This document shows positions 16,036-24,601 of a DNA stretch of 32,000 nucleotides, piece after piece (within the stretch, counting starts at the first letter, position 1; each line of letters begins with the position of its first letter). Source of the stretch: Candidatus Saccharimonadota bacterium (lineage in GTDB: Bacteria > Patescibacteriota > Gracilibacteria > UBA4473); NCBI GenBank assembly GCA_963677105.1, contig OY781871.1, forward strand, positions 330,001 through 362,000, given 5' to 3'. The position numbers and the translations under genes were made by a program. The notes below the pieces were generated by a model. The model was not told where the DNA came from. It was given only the letters and a program-made list of their open reading frames with translations, and made no database searches.

Positions 16036-17307
16036 ATGCAAAATTCTCTCACAATCGTTTCCGTTCTTGTAAAAGATTTAAAACCAGCTACATATAATCC
16101 CCGAAAATGGGAACCAGGAGCAATTGAACAACTCACAGAAAGTATTCAGCGATTCGGATTAATTGATCCGATACTTGTTAACAGTGCAGACAACAGGAAA
16201 AATATCGTTATTGGCGGACATTTTCGACTTAAGATAGCCAAAGATTTAGGATTCACGGAAGTTCCTGTTGTATATTTGGATCTTCCCGACGAGGGAAAAG
16301 AAAAAGAACTTAATCTTCGACTTAATCGTAATACAGGAGAATGGGATTTTGAATTATTAAAGGACTTTGATATCAATCTCCTTTTAGACGCAGGATTTAA
16401 CGATACAGAACTTTCCATGGCTTGGGATGAAAATATTGAACTAGAAGATGACGGGTTTAACACGCGAAAAGAACTCGAAGCTATTATAAATCCAGAAACA
16501 AAAACTGGTGATATTTATCAATTGGGACGCCATAAATTAATTTGTGGTGATGCAACAAATCCTGAGGTAGTAAATACGCTTCTTGGAGACTCAAAAATAA
16601 ATACCATCTATGCTGACCCACCCTATAATTTAAATTATGATTATCAAAAAGGGCTGGGTAAAGAGAAAAAATACAAATGCCAAGAGGTAAAAGATGATCG
16701 GAGTAATGAAGAATATCGAATATTTCTAGAAAAAACACTTCATAACGGCCTCGACCATTGTGAAAAAGATGTGCATATTTTTTATTGGTGTGATCAGAAA
16801 TATATTGGATTATTACAGGATTTATATGCATCAAATGGAATAAACAACAAACGAGTGTGTCTATGGATTAAAAATAATCAAAATGCGACTCCGCAGGTAG
16901 CATTTAATAAATGTTATGAACCATGCGTTTATGGAACGATTGGAAATCCTTATCTATCAAAAAAACATTTTAGCTTTACTGAAATTCTCAACCCTGAAAT
17001 TGGCACAGGAAATCAAACTATCGAAGATATTGAAGATTTATTAGATATCTGGATGATAAAACGACTTCCAACCGCTGATTATCTACATCCCACGGAGAAG
17101 CCGGTAACACTACATGAGAAACCGCTTAAACGATGTACAAAAGCAGGCGATAACATTTTAGATTTTTTTGGAGGATCAGGTTCAACATTAATTGCCTGTG
17201 AACAACTGGGACGTACTGCTTTCTTGGTAGAAAAAGATCCTGTTTTTTGTGATATTATAATTCGTCGTTGGGAAAAATTAACAAAAGGCTTAGCCAAAAA
17301 AATATAA
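16036..17307 (+). CDS. ParB-like nuclease domain fused to an N6-adenine/N4-cytosine DNA methyltransferase (DPPY type)
   Basis: 423-aa ORF. N-terminus: LKPATYNPRKW...LTESIQRFGLIDPILV...VIGGHFRLKIAKDLG (ParB/Srx-like). C-terminus: IYADPPYN (motif IV), HPTEKPVTL, ILDFFGGSGSTLIACEQLGR (SAM-binding motif I). This is the permuted beta-class order common in phage or plasmid orphan methylases. Confidence 0.85.
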   Translation: MQNSLTIVSVLVKDLKPATYNPRKWEPGAIEQLTESIQRFGLIDPILVNSADNRKNIVIGGHFRLKIAKDLGFTEVPVVYLDLPDEGKEKELNLRLNRNTGEWDFELLKDFDINLLLDAGFNDTELSMAWDENIELEDDGFNTRKELEAIINPETKTGDIYQLGRHKLICGDATNPEVVNTLLGDSKINTIYADPPYNLNYDYQKGLGKEKKYKCQEVKDDRSNEEYRIFLEKTLHNGLDHCEKDVHIFYWCDQKYIGLLQDLYASNGINNKRVCLWIKNNQNATPQVAFNKCYEPCVYGTIGNPYLSKKHFSFTEILNPEIGTGNQTIEDIEDLLDIWMIKRLPTADYLHPTEKPVTLHEKPLKRCTKAGDNILDFFGGSGSTLIACEQLGRTAFLVEKDPVFCDIIIRRWEKLTKGLAKKI

Positions 17308-17780
17308 TGGGACGAAAAGCTAACTTTTCAGCAAAAGAAAGAAATGAGTGTAAAAGCTCATTGATTGGGATGTTGGAAAAAAGTCCTTTTATTGAAATAG
17401 CTTGTAATAAAGTTGGTATTACTCGAATGACCTTGATTAGGTGGCAAAAGACGGACAAAGATTTTTCCGAAGATATACAAAAAGCGATTAATCTTTCTCG
17501 TGAAAAAATAAATGATCTAGCGGAATCAAAACTAATTGGAAAAATTCAAGAAGGGAATATGACGGCTATTAGCTTTTGGCTGAGACATAACAATCCAATA
17601 TATGGAAAATCTGGTGTTTCAGTGAAAATAGAACCCGAATCTAAGACTTTAATAATTATACCCTCCAATGGTAGAGATTGCATTGATTATAAAAGGAAAA
17701 GTAAGAGAAAAAGAGACTCTTTTTATAATAGTCTTGCAGGAAGGAACCACCTCCGAAATAGTGGATCAGAGAAAAAGTGA
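17307..17780 (+). CDS. HTH DNA-binding protein, terminase-small-subunit-like
   Basis: The track ORF starts at 17268, but the in-frame ATG at 17307 forms a TAATG overlap with the methyltransferase stop. IEIACNKVGITRMTLIRWQKTDKDFSEDIQKA plus AISFWLRHNNPIYGK resembles the N-terminal HTH and W.L...P motif of phage TerS-type proteins. The call is tentative. Confidence 0.45.
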   Translation: MGRKANFSAKERNECKSSLIGMLEKSPFIEIACNKVGITRMTLIRWQKTDKDFSEDIQKAINLSREKINDLAESKLIGKIQEGNMTAISFWLRHNNPIYGKSGVSVKIEPESKTLIIIPSNGRDCIDYKRKSKRKRDSFYNSLAGRNHLRNSGSEKK

Positions 17781-17824
17781 ATTCCACCTAGACTTCCCCC
17801 ATTTCTCTGGCATCAATGTAGGCA

Positions 17825-19093
17825 ATGGAAAAAGAAATACCGCCTACATACTGTCTTTACGCCAGAAAATCATCAGAAGCAGATGAACGACAAGCAATGA
17901 GTATTGATTCGCAAATAGCAGAAATGACTCGTATAGCAGAAAAAGAAGGAGTTAAGATTGTAGAAACGATTCGAGAGAGTAAGTCAGCTAAAGCCTCGGG
18001 TGTTCGCGAAGGATATCGGAAGCTTTTAGAGGGCATCAGAGAAGAACGATTCAATTCCATACTCACATGGGCCCCTGACCGATTAAGTCGAAATGCGGGA
18101 GACTTAGGGGGTCTTGTGGACCTAATGGATCAAGGGGATTTGCAAAAAATACAAACGAGTGGGCAAACATTCACCAATACTCCCGATGAAAAATTTCTTC
18201 TTATGATTCTTTGTTCTCAGGCAAAATTAGAGAACGACAATCGGGCAAAAAACGTAAAACGAGGACTACGGGCGAAATGTGCATTGGGAATTAGACCTGG
18301 ACAGCCCCCTATTGGATACACATTAATTCGAAGTACCAAATTTGGAGAACCCAGTAGCGTTGTTATAGATGAAGAAAGAGCTCCTTTTATTCGCAAGGCG
18401 TTTGATTACGTCGTAAATGGAGGACTTAGTGGCAGACAGGCATGGGAATATCTTGTTGATGAAGGATTTCGGGCTCGTTCAGGGAAAGTCCCTCCGATTA
18501 GTATGATTTTCCGAATACTCAGTGACACCTATTATTATGGAAAATTTGAATATCCCAAAGGAAGTGATACTTGGTATCAAGGAGAATACGAGCCCATTAT
18601 CACGAAGGATGTTTTTGAAAAAGTTCGTAAAGCACTTAAGACTTCTGATAAAGGGAAATGGGGACGGAAGAATTTTTATTTTAACCATATCCTCAAATGC
18701 GGACACTGTGGGAGTGGTATTTCTGGGGAATCACACGTCAACCGTCACGGAAAGGAATACACCTACTACAAGTGCAATAAGCATGGAGGAAGAAAGAGCT
18801 GTAACTCTAAATACATTCGAGAAGAAAAATTGATTGAACAGATAGCAGGATTGGTAGACAAGATATCCGTAGAACATCTTCATCTCAAACGAAAAATCGT
18901 CCATGAGGTCAATAAATGGAACACTATGGAAAAGATGAGGCATGGAGAAAAATCCAAAATGATTACCGTAGAAGAATATATAAACTTTATTCTCTCTCGA
19001 GGAAGCGTGAAGGAGAAAGGAGAAATGTTAAAGGAATTAGAGGAAAAATTAGTACTTAAAGATGGGATTATTAGCATTTTAAAAACTATTTAA
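17825..19093 (+). CDS. large serine recombinase (phage-integrase/transposase type)
   Basis: 422-aa ORF. The resolvase catalytic domain shows YARKSSEADERQAMSIDSQ, DRLSRN and AKLENDNRAKNVKRGL. A recombinase domain and Cys-rich zinc ribbon follow (CGHCGSGISG...YYKCNKHGGRKSC), with a coiled-coil tail. Confidence 0.9.
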   Translation: MEKEIPPTYCLYARKSSEADERQAMSIDSQIAEMTRIAEKEGVKIVETIRESKSAKASGVREGYRKLLEGIREERFNSILTWAPDRLSRNAGDLGGLVDLMDQGDLQKIQTSGQTFTNTPDEKFLLMILCSQAKLENDNRAKNVKRGLRAKCALGIRPGQPPIGYTLIRSTKFGEPSSVVIDEERAPFIRKAFDYVVNGGLSGRQAWEYLVDEGFRARSGKVPPISMIFRILSDTYYYGKFEYPKGSDTWYQGEYEPIITKDVFEKVRKALKTSDKGKWGRKNFYFNHILKCGHCGSGISGESHVNRHGKEYTYYKCNKHGGRKSCNSKYIREEKLIEQIAGLVDKISVEHLHLKRKIVHEVNKWNTMEKMRHGEKSKMITVEEYINFILSRGSVKEKGEMLKELEEKLVLKDGIISILKTI

Positions 19094-19122
19094 TATATAT
19101 TAAAACAAAATATGAAAATTTC

Positions 19123-21531
19123 ATGAAAGCGAGTAGAATGGCAACGTTTACTCAAGATGAAATTGGAATGACTAATAAAAAAGAACTTTCAGAACAAGAC
19201 ATTTGTACTAAATATATTACCCCTGCATTAGAAGCTGCTCAATGGGATAAGATGACTCAAATACGAGAGCAGGTTTCTTTCACAAAAGGACGAATTCAAG
19301 TTCATGGAAAAATAGTTACACGAGGAGACGGAAAACGTGCAGATTATATTCTTTATTACAAATCAAGTATTCCCCTTGCTGTTGTAGAAGCAAAAGACAA
19401 CAAGCACTCTGTAGGTGCAGGAATGCAGCAGGCACAAGATTATGCAGAAACACTTGATGTTCCCTTTGCCTTTAGTTCAAATGGTGATGGATTTGTTGAG
19501 CATGATTTTCTTACTGGTAAAGAACGAACTCTTTCTTTGGAAGAATTTCCAAATCCAGAAAATTTGTATCAAAGATATAAAGAAGCACATGGATTAACTG
19601 CAGAGAAAGAAAAAATTATTCAGTTTCCCTATCACTCTGACGGTTCTGGGAAAACGGCTCGTTATTATCAAGAGATTGCTATTAATCGTTCAATAAAAGC
19701 TATTGCTGAAGGACAAAAAAGAGCATTGCTTGTTATGGCAACAGGAACAGGAAAAACGTTTACTGCGGGACAAATTATTTGGAGATTATGGAAATCGGGA
19801 GCAGCAAAAAGAATATTACTTCTTGCTGACCGAAATATTTTGGTTGATCAGACTATGACTAATGACTTCAAACATTTTGGAGACAAAATGATAAAAATAA
19901 AACGAGGAAATATCAGTAAAGCACATGAGATTTATCTAGGGCTTTATCAATCGCTCACTGGAAGCGAGGAAGAACAAAATGCTTATAAAGAATTTTCTCC
20001 AGACTTTTTCGATTTAATTGTGATAGACGAGTGTCATCGTGGAAGTGCTTCCGTTGATTCAGCGTGGCGTGAAATACTGGATTACTTCAGTTCGGCTACG
20101 CACATTGGATTAACTGCTACGCCAAAAGAGACGAATGAAATTTCAAATATGGAATATTTTGGTCAGCCAATTTATACATACTCTTTGAAGCAAGGAATTG
20201 AAGATGGATTTCTTGCACCATACAAAGTAATTCAAGTAATGCTGGATAAAGATATCGGTGGGTATCGACCGAGCATTACTGATACCGACAAAGACGGAAA
20301 AGTGATTGAAGATAAATTATATGGAACAAAAGACTTTGATCGAACTCTTGTACTTGAGCAACGAACACAAGCAGTTGCACAAGAAATTAGTCGATATTTA
20401 AAACAAACCGATCGTTACTCAAAAACCATTGTTTTCTGTGTTGATATTGAACACGCCGAACGAATGCGACAAGCACTAGTAAATGAAAATGCTGATCTAG
20501 TAAAAGAAAATCGAAAATATGTTATGCGTATTACTGGAGACAATCCTGAAGGGAAAGCGGAGTTGGATAACTTTATCGATCCAGAAAGTATTTATCCGAC
20601 CCTTGTAACTACCAGCAAATTGATGACTACAGGAGTTGATGCTCAGACATGTAAATTAATTGTATTAGACTCCAATATCGCCTCAATGACAGAATTTAAA
20701 CAAATTATTGGACGAGGAACTCGAATCAATGAAGAGTTTGGAAAAACTCATTTCACTATTCTTGATTTCCGTAAGGTAACAGAATTATTTGCAGACCCAG
20801 ACTTTGATGGAGAACCTGTTCAAATAAAAGAAATTACACAAGGAGAAGATATTCCAGAAGAAATTTTGGAAGGAGAAGAAGGAGAGGAAATTGTGATTGA
20901 AGAAAACGAAGGAACATATGATATCCCTAAAATTATTGATGGAGGGGATATTGATGAAGAAGGACCACGAAAGAAAATTTATATTGATGATGTTCCTGTG
21001 GAAATTGCGTACAAACGTACGCAGTATTTGGATGGAAATGGAAAACTAATTACGGAATCATTAAAAGATTATTCTCGTAAAAAAATACTGAAAGAGTACG
21101 ACTCGCTAGATAAATTTATTAATGAATGGGACAAACATAAGCAGAAATATCTCATCATTCAGGAACTAGAAAGGCAAGGTATCTATTTAAGTGATTTACA
21201 AGAAAGTGTAGGAACAGACGTCGATCCGTTTGATTTAATTTTGCATGTTGCTTTTGACCAGAAGAAGATTAAGACACGAAAGGAACGAGCAGAAAAAGTG
21301 CGAAAGAGTAACTACTTCGCTAAATATTCCGAGACCGCACAAAAGGTGCTAAGTGCTCTTCTCGATAAGTATGCAGACGAAGGATTGCAACATATTGAGG
21401 AAATTCGTATTTTGACTGTTTCTCCGTTATCTGTGCTCGGTTCTCCGATTGAGATTGTGCAGGAGTTTGGAGGAAGGGAGAAGTATTTGGAGGCCGTAGG
21501 AGAGTTGGAGAAAGAGATTTATAATATTTAA
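19123..21531 (+). CDS. hsdR: type I restriction enzyme R subunit
   Basis: 802-aa ORF; an alternative start at ATG 19168 gives MTNKKELSEQDICTKYITPAL. N-terminal PD-(D/E)xK shows ADYILYY...LAVVEAKD. Helicase motifs are VMATGTGKT, VIDECHRG, GLTATP and QIIGRGTR. The C-terminal DPFDLILHVAFD...FGG...Y..AV is like the EcoEI-R C-terminal domain. Confidence 0.92.
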   Translation: MKASRMATFTQDEIGMTNKKELSEQDICTKYITPALEAAQWDKMTQIREQVSFTKGRIQVHGKIVTRGDGKRADYILYYKSSIPLAVVEAKDNKHSVGAGMQQAQDYAETLDVPFAFSSNGDGFVEHDFLTGKERTLSLEEFPNPENLYQRYKEAHGLTAEKEKIIQFPYHSDGSGKTARYYQEIAINRSIKAIAEGQKRALLVMATGTGKTFTAGQIIWRLWKSGAAKRILLLADRNILVDQTMTNDFKHFGDKMIKIKRGNISKAHEIYLGLYQSLTGSEEEQNAYKEFSPDFFDLIVIDECHRGSASVDSAWREILDYFSSATHIGLTATPKETNEISNMEYFGQPIYTYSLKQGIEDGFLAPYKVIQVMLDKDIGGYRPSITDTDKDGKVIEDKLYGTKDFDRTLVLEQRTQAVAQEISRYLKQTDRYSKTIVFCVDIEHAERMRQALVNENADLVKENRKYVMRITGDNPEGKAELDNFIDPESIYPTLVTTSKLMTTGVDAQTCKLIVLDSNIASMTEFKQIIGRGTRINEEFGKTHFTILDFRKVTELFADPDFDGEPVQIKEITQGEDIPEEILEGEEGEEIVIEENEGTYDIPKIIDGGDIDEEGPRKKIYIDDVPVEIAYKRTQYLDGNGKLITESLKDYSRKKILKEYDSLDKFINEWDKHKQKYLIIQELERQGIYLSDLQESVGTDVDPFDLILHVAFDQKKIKTRKERAEKVRKSNYFAKYSETAQKVLSALLDKYADEGLQHIEEIRILTVSPLSVLGSPIEIVQEFGGREKYLEAVGELEKEIYNI

Positions 21532-21535
21532 TAAT

Positions 21536-22651
21536 ATGGAAAAATATAAAATTCAAATTAAGGAAAAGGAAAAATTTATTAGAAAACTGTCCTTTTTAAA
21601 TCTTCGCGATGAAGTGACAAACTTTATGTACAAGAAAACGATTGCCAGTGCATCGAGACGAGATCTGTTATTATTTGTATTAATTTTCTTTTTATCTATT
21701 AAGAAGCCTAATGCAAAAAATTCATTACTATATTCTCTGCTAGAGCAAAATTTAGAAAAATTGCAGAAATTTAATAAGTTTTTAGAAGAAAAAAGGGTTA
21801 TGTTAAAGCAGGGAGAATATGAAAAAATAAAAGAAAAATTCAAATTAACAGATGCCTTAAAGTATGACGTATTATTTTTGTTAATAGAAGGAGTGACTGA
21901 TGCGGAAATTTTGAAAATAAAGTATTCGGATTTTTTTAAAAAAAATAAGGAATTATTAAAAGAATTTGATGTTGTAGTTGCAAAATTTGGTCAACAAGTA
22001 GATATGACGTATTTAAAATTTAAAGAATTTCACATAGAAGATGATCGATATGATGAAGAAACAGGAGAGCATTATGATTTAAGTAAGAGTGTTTATAGAC
22101 CTGTAAAAATGCGCTTAAGAAGAAAGCTGGATATTTCATTACAGCAGTTTACAGAAATTAAGGAAATTAAGAGTGAGAGCCCTATAATTGTTGATTTTAT
22201 ACAAAGCGTAGACCCAGATATTATTTTTGAATTGTGGGAGAAGTACCATTTAGTAGAATATTTGAAAGGTATTTATGATTTGATAAAAAATAATGTTTCG
22301 CTAAGTTTGAATTTAGATTTAGGTGACTTGATTATAGGATACATTCTTTGGAAAACTACAGATGGGAGAAAGAAAAAAGAGAAGGAAGAAAAAAATGATA
22401 ACTTTAAGCAAAAGAAGACTGAATACTTAAAAAAAGAAAATTCTTTATTAAAAGCTTTAAATTCGTCTTTGCAAAAAACACAAGAATCATTAGAAAAAGA
22501 AATTGAAAATTTGGAAAATCGTTTGGGTAAATTAGAAAAAAAGTCAGAATTAACAGGCGAGGAAAATCAATTAAAAAAAGCTATTTCTTTGGAACTTAAA
22601 AAGCTGAAAAACCTTTCAGTAACTGTCGTTAAAATGGAAACTCATGACTAA
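21536..22651 (+). CDS. hypothetical protein X embedded between hsdR and hsdM (Lys/Glu-rich, coiled-coil C-terminus)
   Basis: 371-aa ORF starting 4 nt after the hsdR double stop and overlapping the hsdM start by 8 nt. It has a short hydrophobic patch (LLLFVLIFFLSI). The C-terminal ~90 aa look like heptads (KKENSLLKALNSSLQKTQESLEKEIENLENRLGKLEKK). No catalytic motif recognised. It is visibly more A/T-rich than the flanking hsd genes. Confidence 0.65.
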   Translation: MEKYKIQIKEKEKFIRKLSFLNLRDEVTNFMYKKTIASASRRDLLLFVLIFFLSIKKPNAKNSLLYSLLEQNLEKLQKFNKFLEEKRVMLKQGEYEKIKEKFKLTDALKYDVLFLLIEGVTDAEILKIKYSDFFKKNKELLKEFDVVVAKFGQQVDMTYLKFKEFHIEDDRYDEETGEHYDLSKSVYRPVKMRLRRKLDISLQQFTEIKEIKSESPIIVDFIQSVDPDIIFELWEKYHLVEYLKGIYDLIKNNVSLSLNLDLGDLIIGYILWKTTDGRKKKEKEEKNDNFKQKKTEYLKKENSLLKALNSSLQKTQESLEKEIENLENRLGKLEKKSELTGEENQLKKAISLELKKLKNLSVTVVKMETHD

Positions 22652-24065
22652 CTTATCAGGCATCATCAAATCAATCCAAAACATCATGAGAGAAGATCAT
22701 GGTGTAGACGGAGACGCGCAACGTCTCTCCCAGCTTTGCTGGATGTTATTTCTCAAAATCTTCGATGAAAAAGAGGAGGAACGAGAATTAATGAACACAA
22801 GTTATAAATCACCAATTCCCGATGAATTACGTTGGAGAAGTTGGGCAGCAAATGAAGAAGGAATTACGGGAGACACTTTGTTGAGTTTTATTAATAATGA
22901 TCTCTTTCCTACATTGAGTACCTTGGATACAACTCTCGATGCAGGAAAAATCGTAAAAGCTGTCTTTGAAGATAGTTACAATTATATGAAAAACGGAACG
23001 CAGTTACGAATGGTGGTGAATAAACTCAACGAAATGAGTTTTAATCGTAAAGATGACCGTGATCAATTTGGAATGATTTACGAGGAGTTACTTCGAAGCC
23101 TACAGAGTGCAGGAAATGCAGGAGAGTTTTATACACCACGAGCCATTACGCAGTTCTTAGTAGATATGGTAAATCCAAAATTGGGAGAAAAAGTTCTTGA
23201 TCCGGCGTGTGGAACAGGAGGATTTCTTACTTCTGTAATTGAACACGTGCGAAAAAACGATGTTCATACCGCTGAGGATGAGGCGAAAATTAAAGAAAAT
23301 ATTCAAGGAACAGAACTAAAATCACTTCCACACATGCTCTGTGTGACAAATATGATTTTGCACGGAATCAACGCTCCTACAAATGTAACACATGGCGATT
23401 CTCTGGCTCGACCCATCAAGGATATTGGACCATCGGATAAAGTGGACTGTATCGTTGCTAATCCTCCATTTGGAGGAAGTGTGAAAGCGGGGATTTTGGC
23501 GAATTTCCCTAAAACTTTTCAAACCAAAGAAACAGCTGACTTATTCCTCGTGTTGTTTTTCAGGTTATTGAAGGCAAACGGACGTGCGGGAATAGTCTTG
23601 CCCGATGGTTCTTTGACTGGAGACGGAATTAAGGCTCGAATTCGCGAGAAATGGCTCACGGAATTCAATTTACACACAATTATTCGATTGCCAAATTCCG
23701 TGTTTGCACCATATGCGACAGTGGCGACGAATTTATTGTTTTTCAAGGCAGGAGTACCGACCAAGGAGGTTTGGTATTACGAGCACAAGTTACCAGAAGG
23801 ACAGAAGGCATATAATAAGACTCGGCCAATTAATATAAAAGAGTTTGATCCAATTAAAAAGTGGTGGGACAACCGCACTGAGGGTGATGTTGCGTGGAAA
23901 GTGAGTATTGATGAAATCGTAGAACGAGGTTGGGATCTTGATATAAAAAATCCTACTAAGCAGGAGAAAGAGATTGCGTATTCTACAGAGGAGTTAATTG
24001 AAATGTTGGAATATTCATTTAAGGAAAGTCAGAAAATTTTGGATTCTTTAAAATCAGAGTTATGA
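22644..24065 (+). CDS. hsdM: type I R-M N6-adenine DNA methyltransferase M subunit
   Basis: 473-aa ORF with an HsdM N-terminal helical domain. FYTPRAI, LDPACGTGGFL (motif I) and IVANPPFGG (motif IV) are present. Confidence 0.92.
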   Translation: MTNLSGIIKSIQNIMREDHGVDGDAQRLSQLCWMLFLKIFDEKEEERELMNTSYKSPIPDELRWRSWAANEEGITGDTLLSFINNDLFPTLSTLDTTLDAGKIVKAVFEDSYNYMKNGTQLRMVVNKLNEMSFNRKDDRDQFGMIYEELLRSLQSAGNAGEFYTPRAITQFLVDMVNPKLGEKVLDPACGTGGFLTSVIEHVRKNDVHTAEDEAKIKENIQGTELKSLPHMLCVTNMILHGINAPTNVTHGDSLARPIKDIGPSDKVDCIVANPPFGGSVKAGILANFPKTFQTKETADLFLVLFFRLLKANGRAGIVLPDGSLTGDGIKARIREKWLTEFNLHTIIRLPNSVFAPYATVATNLLFFKAGVPTKEVWYYEHKLPEGQKAYNKTRPINIKEFDPIKKWWDNRTEGDVAWKVSIDEIVERGWDLDIKNPTKQEKEIAYSTEELIEMLEYSFKESQKILDSLKSEL

Positions 24066-24601
24066 AGAAAATAGAAAAAATTGGTTACTATGTCCTTATT
24101 CCCATTATTTCTATTGGAGGTCTTATTTGGTTGTTGAATATTAATTTTTTTTCAAATATTGAAAAATCAATTGAAGCAAGTGTTAAGATTATACAAGCAT
24201 TTGCTATTCTCCTTGGAGGCTTATGGGCATACCATAAATTTGATTGGGGGAAAAAAGCCGAAAGTGCCATAAAAATAAAGGCAATGCTTATGGAATATTC
24301 TCAAATACACAATGAAGTAGCAGGACAATATAGAATGGATATTAAAGGAGGAATGAGTGAAGATGATGCTTATGGGAAATATGCGATATCACTTCTTTCA
24401 GCAAGAAATAATTTTGTGTCTCAGGTGCATCTTTCTTGTTATTTACCAAAAAAGTTAAGAGAAAAAATATTTAACACGGTTTGGTTGACCGTAGGAAATG
24501 GACACGGAGAAAACAGAAAAGATTTAACTTCAAATTGGGAAAAGTTTGAAAAAGAATCAACTCAAATAAAAGATGAACTCGATAACATTGTTTCAAAATG
24601 A
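24062..24601 (+). CDS. hypothetical 2-TM membrane protein Y embedded between hsdM and hsdS
   Basis: 179-aa ORF with ATGA overlaps at both ends (24062-24065 and 24598-24601). It has two hydrophobic helices (IGYYVLIPIISIGGLIWLLNI; IIQAFAILLGGLWAY), then a ~115-aa soluble region. The post-TM2 segment WAYHKFDWGKKAESAIKIKAMLMEY is reminiscent of SLATT/DUF4231-type 2-TM effectors (unverified). Confidence 0.65.
   Translation: MKKIEKIGYYVLIPIISIGGLIWLLNINFFSNIEKSIEASVKIIQAFAILLGGLWAYHKFDWGKKAESAIKIKAMLMEYSQIHNEVAGQYRMDIKGGMSEDDAYGKYAISLLSARNNFVSQVHLSCYLPKKLREKIFNTVWLTVGNGHGENRKDLTSNWEKFEKESTQIKDELDNIVSK

Noticed and set aside
16146-17458. Minus-strand ORFs (105, 116, 72 and 67 aa) opposite the ParB-methyltransferase gene
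   Set aside because: They are antisense to a gene with clear ParB, DPPY and FGGSGST motifs, and their translations are Ser-rich or low complexity.
17668-17886. 72-aa + strand ORF bridging the HTH gene and the recombinase start
   Set aside because: It overlaps both well-supported genes out of frame and has no motif. The recombinase N-terminus (YARKSSEADERQ) fixes the real frame.
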